A stretch of DNA of 63,871 nucleotides, counting the filler, from Octopus bimaculoides (taxonomy: Eukaryota): the NCBI RefSeq assembly GCF_001194135.2. It is 6 parts of 5 records of this genome, joined end to end, with 100 filler letters (N's around TTAATTAATTAA, not from the genome) between each part and the next. Parts side by side here need not be neighbours in the genome. Positions count along the whole stretch, not along the records: positions 1 to 28,987 come from NC_068996.1; positions 29,088 to 38,852 come from NC_068987.1; 4 more parts are not named here. One strand, written 5' to 3'. The notes under the pieces are model-generated. The model did no database searches, was not told where the DNA came from, and worked only from the letters and a program-made list of their open reading frames with translations. Shown one piece after another: positions 21,000-32,919 of this stretch (position 1 is the stretch's first letter; each line of letters starts with the position of its first letter). Both the position numbers and the translations under genes were made by a program.

Positions 21000-22215
21000 G
21001 GAATCACCTCAACAGACATGCTGGCTGAAGGCACATAACCTCTTAACTAAAGTAGGTAAGAATGCAGTCTTGGTCAGCAAGGTTGTGAAAAAAAATCCCT
21101 GAAATAAATTCTGAAACAAACCTCCTTTCTGAGTGAGTTGGAGTTATCTCCCTTTGACTGGTTCCAGTTGTGTCCAACACAGGTCAGTTTATACATGATT
21201 ATCATTCATTAGTCAGCAAACATGGAAGTTAATGTCTCTAACATGAATTTTGTCTCATGAGTGCACTGACTAATCATATCACTTGGAATTTAAGAAGATT
21301 CTGGATCAAGTAAATTTTTTAGGATCCTAGCTCTCTCAGCCAAGCAAGGTTTACATCGTCTGCCCCCATTGAGATATTGTCCAGGTTGTCCCAGGAGCTT
21401 ACATTTAACCTGGAATGGTATTATCTCTTCTTTTAAACACCATATGTAGTTGGCTAAAGAAGTAATGTTGCACCTCTCAGAAATCTGAATGAGGAACTGT
21501 GGTCATTTAGTTGCTACTTAAAGTGGTCTTCCATTATTCCAACAAGCTGCTGCAGTTGTTGTCATTGCTGCTGCTATTGTTACAAGGTCGCAGACATCCA
21601 CACTGTTGAATGTTCCTATTTTCACAACAAAGGAACCTACTGGTTGGTTTGTTTTAGCAAGGGTGAACCTTTATCAAACAGCAGGGTTTTCCCAGCATGC
21701 ATTATTACATCTCTATCTCTATCACTAATGTCAATAAATTCTCTAGTGAACATAAGTACCTTAACTAGTAACCCTTTCAATATAAACAAATAAAAGTCCA
21801 GTATACTGAATTGAGTGAACATTACCCTGACTGTACCCTGGTTTATTTTAAATCATGATATAACTTCATTGCTATTGTGCCATAACGATAAGTTGGATGT
21901 TTTCTTTATATATCATTGTTAATCTATCTCAAACTATGCTTACTTGCCAACCTGATTTCCGATTTATCTGGGTTAATCAGGCAGCATTTTAGGTTGAAGG
22001 TGAAGTTTGGTTCGTGATTTTTGATAGATGAAAAGCATTTCTCTTAGCTAATACTCCCGCTCTGTCAGTTATCCCTAGACTGCTGGCTAGCTGTTTGGCT
22101 TTTTTTGTTTATACTGTTGTATTTGTTGTTTATACAATATATCTTTGTGGCAAAGTATGTTCCCTGGTTGTTGTTTTTTTTTTCCTTTTGTTAACCTTCA
22201 CCAGCAAAAAGTCTG
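21000..22215 (-). mobile_element. Penelope-like element remnant: RT N-terminal half joined to GIY-YIG C-terminal half, plus 3' pLTR-like segment
   Basis: Minus strand, across frameshifts: INKKAKQLASSLGITDR; KNHEPNF..N.KC.LINPDKSEI..SK; FTQFSILDFY; IMHAGKTLLF; F.VKIGTFNSVDVCDLV; VGIMEDHFK*QLNDH..SF; SLANYIWCLKE...Y.NG.RRCKPCLAE...CTHETKF. Confidence 0.85.
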
Positions 22216-22295
22216 TCTGTTATTTTTTTCTTTCTTACAGAAGTAGTGTTTGTCTTTTCTGACCTCTCATTCTAACTCTTACATCTGTTCTGTCT

Positions 22296-22375
22296 TCCTT
22301 CCTTCCTCCCTCCCTCCCTTCCTTCCTTCCTTCCTTCCTTCCTTCCTTCCTTCCTTCCTTCCTTCCTTCCTTCCT
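22296..22375 (+). repeat. (CCTT)n microsatellite running into a gap
   Basis: Direct reading. Confidence 0.95.
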
Positions 22376-23414
22376 NNNNNNNNNNNNNNNNNNNNNNNNN
22401 NNNNNNNNNNNNNNNNNNNNNNNNNNNNNNNNNNNNNNNNNNNNNNNNNNNNNNNNNNNNNNNNNNNNNNNNNNNNNNNNNNNNNNNNNNNNNNNNNNNN
22501 NNNNNNNNNNNNNNNNNNNNNNNNNNNNNNNNNNNNNNNNNNNNNNNNNNNNNNNNNNNNNNNNNNNNNNNNNNNNNNNNNNNNNNNNNNNNNNNNNNNN
22601 NNNNNNNNNNNNNNNNNNNNNNNNNNNNNNNNNNNNNNNNNNNNNNNNNNNNNNNNNNNNNNNNNNNNNNNNNNNNNNNNNNNNNNNNNNNNNNNNNNNN
22701 NNNNNNNNNNNNNNNNNNNNNNNNNNNNNNNNNNNNNNNNNNNNNNNNNNNNNNNNNNNNNNNNNNNNNNNNNNNNNNNNNNNNNNNNNNNNNNNNNNNN
22801 NNNNNNNNNNNNNNNNNNNNNNNNNNNNNNNNNNNNNNNNNNNNNNNNNNNNNNNNNNNNNNNNNNNNNNNNNNNNNNNNNNNNNNNNNNNNNNNNNNNN
22901 NNNNNNNNNNNNNNNNNNNNNNNNNNNNNNNNNNNNNNNNNNNNNNNNNNNNNNNNNNNNNNNNNNNNNNNNNNNNNNNNNNNNNNNNNNNNNNNNNNNN
23001 NNNNNNNNNNNNNNNNNNNNNNNNNNNNNNNNNNNNNNNNNNNNNNNNNNNNNNNNNNNNNNNNNNNNNNNNNTGTTCTTCCTCCTCTTTTTCCATATCC
23101 TTGTATATAATAGCAAATATTCTGAACACTTTACACATGAAGATTTTACCTCCAGCATCTAACTTTATTTATTTGTTTATTTATTTATCCATCTATTTAT
23201 TTATAAACAGGTTTCTGAGTTGTATATTTTGAACATCAGTTGTTCAGAATTTGCGATTTAAAAAAAAAATTAAAACAATATTTGATTTTTGTTCTGTTTA
23301 AATATCACAAGTTGATTAGGATTTAAAGATTTACAGCTGTAATACCTAGTTGTATTTTTATGTGTATATACTCAGTTTGCATTCTATGTGTATAAATATA
23401 TTTTTTAATATTTA

Positions 23415-23622
23415 TTCTTTTCTTATTTTGGCACAAGGTGAGCAATTATGAGGGGTGAGTAAGTTCATTATGTCAACCCCAGTACTCGACTGGTTCTTAT
23501 TTTATCAACCCTGAGAGGATAAAAGGCAAAGTCGACATCGGCAGAATTTGAACTCAGAATTGGGGAAATGCGACTAAGCATTCTGCCTGGTGTGCTAATG
23601 ATTCTGCCAGCTTGCAACCTGA
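23415..23622 (-). mobile_element. Family-B SINE, degenerate
   Basis: GGCACAAGG...CCCCAGTACTCGACTGG...AAAGGCAAAGTCGACATCGGCAGAATTTGAACTCAGAA...GTGCTAATGATTCTGCCAGC. Confidence 0.8.
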
Positions 23623-23647
23623 AATATTTTGTTTAGATTTATTAAAA

Positions 23648-24110
23648 ATCATCATCATCATCATCATCATCCTCATCATCATCATCATCATCATCATCAT
23701 TTAACGTCCACTTTCCATGCTAGCATGGGTTGGACGATTTGACTGAGGACTGGTGAACCGGATGGCTGCACCAGGCTCCAATCTGATTTGGCAGAGTTTC
23801 TACAGCTGGATGCCCTTCCTAACGCCAACCACTCCAAGAGTGTAGTGGGTGCTTTTACGTGCCACCAGCACGAAGGCCAGTCAGGCAGTACTGGCAACAG
23901 CCACACTCAAAATGGTGTATTTTACGTGCCACCTTCACAGGAGCCAGTCCAGCGGCACAGGCAACGATCTCGCTCGAATGTCTTTTCACGTGCCACTGGC
24001 ACAAGTGCCAGGAAGGTGACGTTGATAACGATTGCGCTCAAATGGTGCTATTTACATGCCATTGGCATGGAAGCCAGACAGCTGCTCTGGCAATGATCAC
24101 GCTCTTAGTG
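23648..24110 (-). mobile_element. RTE 3'UTR-only copy with (GAT)n tail and internal ~65-70-bp tandem repeat
   Basis: (ATC)n then TTTAACGTCCACTTTCCATGCTAGCATGGGTTGGAC...CTACAGCTGGATGCCCTTCCTAACGCCAACCACTCC, as at 11527-11680; four TTTTACGTGCCACC...GGCAAC...CTC.AATG units. Confidence 0.85.
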
Positions 24111-24324
24111 AATGAAAAGATAAATTTTCATCCTTAATGAATTGAAACTAAAACAACAGTCCATTAATTTTTGAGAATGCTAAAATACTAATGCTTTCAA
24201 GTATACACTTATGTACACATGCAAATATGCAGGCATGTATGTGTAGGTATGCATACGTGTGCACACATGCATGCACACACATGCACGTAAAGTACTGCAG
24301 CTGTAAGTCAAGGACAAGAATATA

Positions 24325-24560
24325 TTTTATCTTTTACTTGTGTCAGTCATAAGACTATGGCCATGTTGGGGCACCACCTTGAAGAACTTTAGTTGAAGGA
24401 CTCGACCCCAGTACTTGTTTTTTTTAAAAACCTGGTACTTATTCTATCAGTCCCTTTTGCCAAACTGCTAAGTTACGAGTACATAAACACACCAACACTG
24501 TTGTGAAGTGATTGTGGAGGACAAACACACACACACACGCACACACACACACACACATGC

Positions 24561-24592
<32 letters not shown>

Positions 24593-24705
24593 GATGGGCT
24601 TCTTTCAGTTTCCTTCTACCAAATCCACTCACAAGGCGTTGGTTAGCCTGAGTCTATAGAAGACATTTGCCCAAGGTGCCACGCAGTGGGACTGAACCTG
24701 GGACC
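24325..24705 (-). mobile_element. Near-full-length family-A SINE with internal (TG)n
   Basis: Tail, body, (CA)n and head modules as in 11067-11488; lacks the extreme 5' end. Confidence 0.85.
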
Positions 24706-25311
24706 TATTATATTTTTATAATTAAATATTTGGAATTGCATTTTTTTAAAAATTATTAAAATATTTTGTGCATTGTAGATGTATAACCAATTTATTGCTC
24801 ATAAACTTTAACAAAATCTTATATGGACCCTCAAGGGCAATATGTACCCTTAGGGGTCATATGTACTCTTAGGGATCGTATGAACCCTGACTTACAATCA
24901 CTGTTTTAAACCAAAAGAAAACTAAGGAAAGAAAAAATGTGTTTCTCTGTATTTTTTAATCATGCCTCATTTTATGACAAGTAATGAAAAACTGACATTC
25001 TATATTTATTGCCATTATTTCAATGCAACTGCCAATCATTAATAACAAACATGACAAGGACAGCACTCTGAAACAGAACACTCTGCATTCTTAGGAATTC
25101 AGTCAAATAAGCAGAATGAAAAATACTTGTTTAAAAATAACAAGCATACTGTTATTTCATTAAAATAAATAAAATTATATTTTATCTACAACAAACAATT
25201 CACCGATAGAGACATGTTTACAGTTTTATTTTGCTATATTTGTTCTGCAATAATTTTCTATGGAATTAAAACAGCTATACCATTATAGAGTTAGATTAAT
25301 CATTGACACAT

Positions 25312-25470
25312 ATGCGGGGTTGGTTGTTTGGTAAGAAATCTACTTTGCATCTACATGGTTCTGGATTCAGTCCCACTGTGAAGCACCTTTGGTAAGTGCC
25401 TTTTATCATAGCCCTGGGCTAGCCAAAGCCTTGTGAGTGAACTTGTTTGACATAAACTGAAAGAAGCTCC
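25312..25470 (+). mobile_element. Degenerate family-A SINE head
   Basis: CATGGTTCTGGATTCAGTCCCACTG...GCCAAAGCCTTGTGAGTG...AAACTGAAAGAAGC. Confidence 0.7.
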
Positions 25471-25557
25471 TCATCTATCTACCTGTCTGTCTGTCTGTCT
25501 GTCTGTGTGTCTACATGTCTATCTATTTCTGTATACACTCATACACACACATACACA

Positions 25558-25696
25558 CATCATCATCATCATCATCATCGTTTAACATCCATCTTCCATG
25601 CATGTATGGATAGGAGTCAGCCAGCTAGAAAATCTACCCAAGGTTACTGTGTTTGTTTTGGCAGGGATTTAACAGCTGATGCCCTTCCTGACACCA

Positions 25697-25697
<1 letters not shown>
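25558..25697 (-). mobile_element. Short RTE-type 3' end with (GAT)n tail
   Basis: (CAT)n CGTTTAACATCCATCTTCCATGC...CAGCTGATGCCCTTCCTGACACCAAC. Confidence 0.65.
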
Positions 25698-25729
<32 letters not shown>

Positions 25730-25884
25730 CCCCTCTCTCTCTTTCTCCCTCAGCAGACCTAAATCAAAGGATTTCCAACCATGACCAGTCAGTTTTTTTC
25801 AGACACTGTGAGTACAATTACATTACCCATTGCATCTACTTGTGTTTATTTAAAAGACAGCTTTAAAATCAATTTTATTGTTAC

Positions 25885-26090
25885 ATAGCCCTCAGGTGAA
25901 CCCTGATAAAGTGGAAATTATGATGTAAAGCTATTCCAACTGTGGCCATCCTGTTTTTTTTTTTTATACAGTATGCTTCGGATCACATTATCCAACATCC
26001 CTTTTTTTTAAAGACAATAGTGTGTGATCTGAGGCAGATTTGGTTTCTAATTTTAGCGGACCAAACAAATGTAGAGACTTCCTCCTTGGC
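25885..26090 (+). repeat. Unclassified dispersed repeat (related pieces near 2230-2360, 4755-4830, 28350-28420, 39930-39990, 56725-56765)
   Basis: Recurring GTGTGATYTGAGG.AGATTTGGYT.CTA.TTYTAGC and CAG.CCTATGATCAAAG...TTCCA-like motifs across the listed loci; seen by eye only. Confidence 0.45.
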
Positions 26091-26266
26091 CTATCATTGG
26101 GCAGCGTAGAAGTGCAGGGAATGAGGCCAAATAGTTTCAGTTGGATGGCTTTTCTCTCCAATGATGTCCGTATTATCTTCCAGCATCACTTATATGCCTG
26201 CTAAGTGGAGAGGATGAAAAAATTTCAATAATATTGGTGGGATGGGTTCTGTGGGGTGGAGGTGGA

Positions 26267-26312
<46 letters not shown>

Positions 26313-26427
26313 GGGGTTGGTATTTGTCAGTTTGGGAACCAATTGAGCTACATTATGTCTCTCTCTTAATAACATGCTTTCTTCGTTTAGAGTGTGGGTA
26401 CTATGAAACCAGCCAACTTCAAAGAGT

Positions 26428-26477
26428 ATATATAGATATAGATATAGATATAGATATAGATATAGATATAGATATAG
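26428..26477 (+). repeat. (ATAGAT)n microsatellite
   Basis: Direct reading. Confidence 0.95.
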
Positions 26478-26759
26478 TTCAAATTTATAGATAAACAAAA
26501 GAGGAAGACAGGTGTAGGAACAACAAGCAGGTGTACTAGTTTGACACTCGGGCAAAATGGAAAAGTCTTTTATATTTTGAGCCTATGCTCTTCGACAGAA
26601 AGGAATAAGAGGAAATAAATAGAGAGAGAATGAAAAAAAAAATCGTGTTGAGTTCAGTGGTCCAAGACACACACACTTTTATATTGTTAAGCAGTATATT
26701 ATTGGTCATGGCATTACGGTATATCACTGGCTAGAATGATACTGATGGTTTTACATTGA

Positions 26760-27480
26760 CTATTGCAGTGTTCCATGTCAACTATTGGCAATTTCAGTGA
26801 CTCTTCAGACATGCTGGCCAGAAACACATAGTCTCTTTTATGTTGGATGTAAATATACAATCTTGATTTGCTAGGTGATGATAAAAAGTGGAATGAAAAA
26901 TGACAAAAGGTTATATTTTCTGGTAGGGAAAGAAGATTTGTCTCCCTGGAGACAATGTCAGCAGTGGTCAAAGGGAGTAGCTGTGCATGTGTACATATTT
27001 TCTGTTCTCTAGTCTGAAAAAGGGATGACCATTATGCCAAGACAAATTTTTTGTCATGAAGGCAGCAATAAAACATCTCATTTTTGGAGTTCAGGAAGGT
27101 AACCAGAGTTAGCTTGCACATTAGATATAGCAGACCAAGGAATGTCATTATAACTATTAGGATTATAAGCTGAACTTTTGTTCCAGCCCCAAGTGTCACT
27201 TTGTTGACCAAACGAAATCAGAAATTGGGCTGCTAAATAAACACATACTGAGGAAGATAAATGATGACATAAGGAAGGTGTCTTGTCTCTCCTTATGGCA
27301 TAACACCAATGAAGTCATTTCATGGTTTAAGGCAAGCCAAGTTAGAGGCAGAGCAAGGTTCACCCAATTTGATATTAAAAAAACTTTATCGATCTACATT
27401 GAAAGAACATCCTCCCATTCTCTTGGACATAGCATACATTATTATTCAGTTTTCATCTCTTTTCAGGACAGTCTGGTGTG
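26760..27480 (+). mobile_element. Penelope-like RT fragment, with an upstream inverted pLTR-like segment
   Basis: DYKLNFCSSPKCHFVDQTKSEIGLLNKHILRKINDDIRKVSCLSLWHNTNEVISWFKASQVRGRARFTQFDIK (about 27160-27380), homologous to 21800-22030 (minus); 26806-26886 resembles 21013-21093. Confidence 0.8.
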
Positions 27481-28617
27481 ATTTTAGAAAGATGTGATTA
27501 CTATTTCTAACATATCAATTGACTACATAGCGGTTACTTTGTTGGCTCATATATTTTCCATTTGAAAGATATAAATTAATTTAGTAGTGCTATGACAGTT
27601 TCACAGCTTGCTCTTCTCAATTTGAACCCTCAAGAAGTCTTGTTGTTATAAATCTTTATTACAGATTTCGTTCCCTTCAGCTCAACAAAAGTTCATTGTA
27701 TTAACTTGACAATTGTTATCATAACTTTTATCATAAAATCCTAACAACTGTCTATTTTTATCATTCTTTGAAAATGTTTTTGCTTATCTGTGCAGCAATA
27801 CATATAACCTTTTCTGGACAACCTACACCAAATGATAGCAGAAAACTGGGAGGAGTGAATATAGTTTTTTTTTTTCTTCAGCTTTAAAGTCTGTAGAAGT
27901 TAAGGAACTAGAACTAATGTTCTGCACTGGCAAACAGTAATACTTAATATTCAAAACTTTTGAAGGTGTTTTCTACCATGAAAAAGAAAAGAAGCTGTCT
28001 GGTGCAAATATATTTTATTCAAATTTTAATTGCATAACTATTCCTCTCTCATAGGTCCACATCTAAGTAGAAAGGCTAGAATAGAAGTGACAGGGTATCA
28101 CTTCTATTCTAGCCTTTCTACTTACTCTCTTCCTCTTGTATTCCTAGCCTTTCTACTTCCCTTTCATCCACTTCCTCCTTCTTTTCTCTATTGCTCCCTC
28201 TCCCTGTTGCATTTCCCCTCTGCCTGCCGCTGTCATGTGACCAGCGGTCAGTTCCTCTTTTTCATCCTTTCTTAGACTGGTCCCTTAGCTGACCATTTTC
28301 AAATTGTTCTGAGACAAATGAAGACACGTTGCTGCTATTTTTATTTATTTTCTTTTGCCTTAGGTCTGATAGAATAGATCAGACCTGTAATCAAGTGTGT
28401 TCCAAACGTTACTATTCCATTTTTGGCGGAATTCTGTTTTACACACAGTATTAAATGAAGATAATTGGTTACTGCCCTTGCCACTTCCCCTCTCCAGGCT
28501 TTCAGTCATATTGTAACATCTCTTATCCTTCACATGCACCAGGACGCTGGGTGTGTCTCAGCAAGTGGTTGTAACAAACATGCAGATTAAAAGTAAATAA
28601 TAATAATAAACAATAAT

Positions 28618-28732
28618 AATGTGATGCATGTGCCTGGTGTACCCTTATCAGACGGGTAGTCATGATGGGTATAATGGGCTTCGTATATTTTACCCCAGTG
28701 TTACTTTGATGGCATGCACTGCTCTCTCACTC

Positions 28733-28733
<1 letters not shown>
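28618..28733 (+). mobile_element. Terminal fragment of the (AAT)n-bounded element seen in full at 62278-62850
   Basis: GTGATGCATGTGCCTGGTGTACCCTTATCAGACGGGTAGTCAT...ACTTTGATGGCATGCA...CTCACTC-AATAATAAT is the reverse complement of 62278-62390. Confidence 0.85.
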
Positions 28734-28782
<49 letters not shown>

Positions 28783-28785
<3 letters not shown>

Positions 28786-28987
28786 AGTACACGGCTTTAT
28801 CAAGGAAATAGATATGAAATTCGGATTAGAAAAATGTGCCAAAGCAACCCTGAAAAGAGGAAAATTAGTTAAAAGCAGCAATATAACACTAGATAAAGCC
28901 AATGAAATAAGAGAACTAGACGAAAGCCAACCATACAAGTATTTAGGAGTCAACATACACAAATGAAAGAAAAAATAAAGAAAGAGT
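28783..28987 (+). mobile_element. R4/Dong-like RT thumb fragment directly after (AAT)n
   Basis: TVHGFIKEIDMKFGLEKCAKATLKRGKL...IRELDESQPYKYLGV matches the DI.M.FGLDKCAK...RGK...YKYLG pattern of R4-clade RTs; cut by a gap. Confidence 0.8.
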
Positions 28988-29031
28988 NNNNNNNNNNNNN
29001 NNNNNNNNNNNNNNNNNNNNNNNNNNNNNNN

Positions 29032-29043
29032 TTAATTAATTAA
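29032..29043. other. Assembly placeholder TTAATTAATTAA inside a 44N+12+44N block (also 38897-38908, 46182-46193, 54387-54398, 61674-61685)
   Basis: Identical 12-mer centred in 100-bp gap blocks five times; it has stop codons in all six frames. Confidence 0.95.
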
Positions 29044-29087
29044 NNNNNNNNNNNNNNNNNNNNNNNNNNNNNNNNNNNNNNNNNNNN

Positions 29088-29334
29088 GGACCGAGGTTAC
29101 CGTGGTCTTTTCGTAGGTTTTTCTTTCCACGGATAACCTCCCCATTTATTGGGAATTTTCTGTATTATTTCGTATTTTTTGTAAATACCCCAAACGTTTT
29201 GCGATGTTTCTTTTCATCGTTGTCCCTACTTTTGTTTTTTTCTGCTTTGTTTTCGCCCCCCCTCGAAAAGAAAAAAACTCTACATTTGTATTTTGTCCCC
29301 TCTGTGTTGAGCCCTGTGTGGCTAATAAAGAAAC
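29088..29334 (+). mobile_element. Probable L1/Tx1-type LINE 3'UTR ending AATAAAGAAA followed by (CTAT)n
   Basis: T-rich UTR-like composition, polyadenylation-signal-like end and simple-repeat tail; clade is inferred because the ORF is lost in the gap. Confidence 0.5.
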
Positions 29335-29388
<54 letters not shown>

Positions 29389-30583
29389 GTGTGTGTGTAA
29401 GCCCATGTATACTTATGTTTACCTGTTGAAGCCGACAATGTATACCTCATTTCAAAACGCAAATTAGCTTTTCGCGAAACGTAAATCAATAAAATAGGTA
29501 TGAGTTTGAAATAAATACTTCGGTAGATAAAATCGATGAAAGCACATTAAAACCGTTGCCTAAACAAAGTCGTAGTACAATGTCTAAGTACACAAATAAA
29601 GCAAAAATATAAAACAATGTTTCAAATTCCACCCTCAAACCCTCCACAAAAAAACAACAACTAATACAACAAATTGGTAAAGAGACAATTAGATAAACAC
29701 AAGAGAAATTTAAACTAACTAGAAAGTAGTGTATTTACATCAGCATCTAAATCTAGTGTGGCAGAAATATGTCTTTTGAATTTTCAAAAACCTATAAAAA
29801 AAATCTTTCCCAAAAAAGTCACATAATGATTTCTGAAATTTTATCTTATTTTGCACAAAAATACATTGTTTTATATAATTTAATGAGGCAATATAAAGAC
29901 GAGACAGAATGACAAGCAAACAATTTGTCATTCTGTTTTTGTTTATATTTCAGATATTTTCTTTCAAGTTTTAAAAGTCATAAAGCAACACATAAAAGCG
30001 AATATGATTAGAAAGATGATACGAAATATATATANNNNNNNNNNNNNNNNNNNNNNNNNNNNNNNNNNNNNNNNNNNNNNNNNNNNNNNNNNNNNNNNNN
30101 NNNNNNNNNNNNNNNNNNNNNNNNNNNNNNNNNNNNNNNNNNNNNNNNNNNNNNNNNNNNNNNNNNNNNNNNNNNNNNNNNNNNNNNNNNNNNNNNNNNN
30201 NNNNNNNNNNNNNNNNNNNNNNNNNNNNNNNNNNNNNNNNNNNNNNNNNNNNNNNNNNNNNNNNNNNNNNNNNNNNNNNNNNNNNNNNNNNNNNNNNNNN
30301 NNNNNNNNNNNNNNNNNNNNNNNNNNNNNNNNNNNNNNNNNNNNNNNNNNNNNNNNNNNNNNNNNNNNNNNNNNNNNNNNNNNNNNNNNNNNNNNNNNNN
30401 NNNNNNNNNNNNNNNNNNNNNNNNNNNNNNNNNNNNNNNNNNNNNNNTAGAGACAGAGACAAACGTGTGTTTGTGTGCTTAGAGTACCGTATTATTTATT
30501 TTATAAGAAAAAAATTGAGAGTAACTTCGAAGTTTCGGATTACTCAAGATCATATGGCTGTGATTTAGTTTAATCTCACAAGC

Positions 30584-30585
<2 letters not shown>

Positions 30586-30650
<65 letters not shown>

Positions 30651-30661
30651 ATCTATCTATC

Positions 30662-30710
<49 letters not shown>

Positions 30711-30746
30711 CTCTACCTATCTATCTATCTATTTATCTATCTATCT
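30586..30746 (+). repeat. Compound (CTGT)n(CTAT)n microsatellite
   Basis: Direct reading. Confidence 0.95.
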
Positions 30747-31644
30747 ACAAGAGCCTATATTCCGGGCTTATTCCATCTGATGGATGGGAATATGTACAGT
30801 ATATACAAAATAAATGTGGTGAAAATGTGTTTGTAGGGTGAAAGGAGAAGCGGTCATATAAAGGAGGTGGGAGTAGAGAGGTGAGGAAGAAAGTAACGTT
30901 AATAACGTTTGGGTGGAAAGAACGGGTGTGAAAGGCAAGTTTTCTGCTCTGAGTTAAAATAGTTTGTGTTGGCTTGATACCTGGTGTTAATTAGGATATA
31001 TTTCGTTTGAGGGTTTAATGATTGTTTATGCTACTGTTTGAATTCATTCAAGCATTACATAAAACTAGGTGCTGAAAGTTCGATTCGTATTGAACTTATT
31101 TGCTGTGAATAGCTCACAAACACAATGCAATTTGTGATAAACTCAAGGTTTACTTAGATCTATTCAAACCGTTTTATACATTTGTTTGTGTAAGTAGTTA
31201 GAGATTGATATTATACCTTTTTTTAAGGGTTTACATCAGAATGTTTATAAATATACGTGTGGCATTTTTAATTCGTATCAGAGTATAGGCAGATGAAAGG
31301 GAAGCTAAATTTGATGGTTAGTGTTAGAATTATGATTCTCAGTAAACCGAGTCAAAGAATGAGAAAGAAAAAAATTATAAGATCAGAGAAAGCGAAGAAT
31401 GGAAGGGAGAAAGACGTTAAAATCACAAAGATGAAGATAAAAGAGTGGAAAAGCTATAAGGACAGAAAAGGTGAACGACTCAGAGGAGTGCAGGCGAGGA
31501 ACAAAAAGTAAAACTGTGTAATCAGTATTATTATTGTAAACAATTGAATAGAAGTATTTGAGGGAGAGAAAGAGGGAGGAGAGGAGAGGGAGTCTCTTGC
31601 AAGGAAAGAAAGTGAGGCAGAGAGTGAGAGAGGAAAACGTTATT

Positions 31645-31746
31645 AGGGCAGCACTTTGGGCAAATGTTTTCTATAGCCTCACCGACTAAAGCCTTGCGAA
31701 TGGATTCGGTTGAGAGAGACTGATAGAAGCCTGACGTGAATATATA

Positions 31747-31785
<39 letters not shown>

Positions 31786-32475
31786 NNNNNNNNNNNNNNN
31801 NNNNNNNNNNNNNNNNNNNNNNNNNNNNNNNNNNNNNNNNNNNNNNNNNNNNNNNNNNNNNNNNNNNNNNNNNNNNNNNNNNNNNNNNNNNNNNNNNNNN
31901 NNNNNNNNNNNNNNNNNNNNNNNNNNNNNNNNNNNNNNNNNNNNNNNNNNNNNNNNNNNNNNNNNNNNNNNNNNNNNNNNNNNNNNNNNNNNNNNNNNNN
32001 NNNNNNNNNNNNNNNNNNNNNNNNNNNNNNNNNNNNNNNNNNNNNNNNNNNNNNNNNNNNNNNNNNNNNNNNNNNNNNNNNNNNNNNNNNNNNNNNNNNN
32101 NNNNNNNNNNNNNNNNNNNNNNNNNNNNNNNNNNNNNNNNNNNNNNNNNNNNNNNNNNNNNNNNNNNNNNNNNNNNNNNNNNNNNNNNNNNNNNNNNNNN
32201 NNNNNNNNNNNNNNNNNNNNNNNNNTATATGTGTAGATATATATATGTATGTGTGTGTGTGTGTGTTTGTGTGTCTGTGTTTGTCCCCCCAACATCGCTT
32301 GACAACCGATGGTGGTGTGTTTACGTCCCCGTAACTTAGCGGTTCGGCAATAGAGATTGATAGAATAGGTACTAGGTCTCAAAGAATAAGTCCTGGGGTC
32401 GATTTGCTCGACTAAAGGCGGTGCCCCAGCATGGCCACAGTCAAATGACTGAAACAAGTAAAAGAGTAAAAGAGC
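31645..32475 (+). mobile_element. Family-A SINE spanning a gap; internal microsatellite expanded
   Basis: 5'-truncated head 31645-31740, (TA)n plus 440 N, then body and tail 32226-32475 in the same orientation. Confidence 0.8.
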
Positions 32476-32919
32476 ATATGTATGTACACACATATACACA
32501 CGCACTTATACATATGCTTGTGCATGTGTATGTGTGTCTTTGCGCTTGTTACCAACCACAGATTGACAACCGGTGAATGAGCATCAGGCTTAGAACATTT
32601 AAGTCTAGGGTTGATTCGTTCGACTGTGAGATTCAAGTTGGTACCCCGACAATGACAAAAATACATTCCCTATACAAAGAGATGGGAGGGGAGAGAGAGG
32701 AAGAGACAGACAAGCAGAAAGACAGACAGAGAATGGAGTGCAACTGTAAAAAACAACATTATGACGCAGCATAAGAATTTACCTCGTAGTGCATCAAAAT
32801 TAGTTTTCTAAAGGAATCACGCAACCGAAGTTGTCAATAATAAAGCTATTTTGAACAAATCATATTTTTGATGTAGAGATATTAAAATTGGAATTTGAAA
32901 GAATTTTGTTGACAGTGAT

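Noticed and set aside
26714-26971. ORF containing MSEESLKLPIVDMEH, reminiscent of a 2OG-oxygenase N-terminus
   Set aside because: Overlaps the segment shared between two Penelope-like copies; better explained as pLTR sequence.
27880-27940. Strong acceptor followed by LKSVEVKELELMFCTGKQ*
   Set aside because: Isolated and unrecognised; such signals are frequent in AT-rich DNA.
29032-29043. Recurrent TTAATTAATTAA motif (five copies)
   Set aside because: Always centred in an exact 44N+12+44N block; a scaffolding placeholder, not biological.
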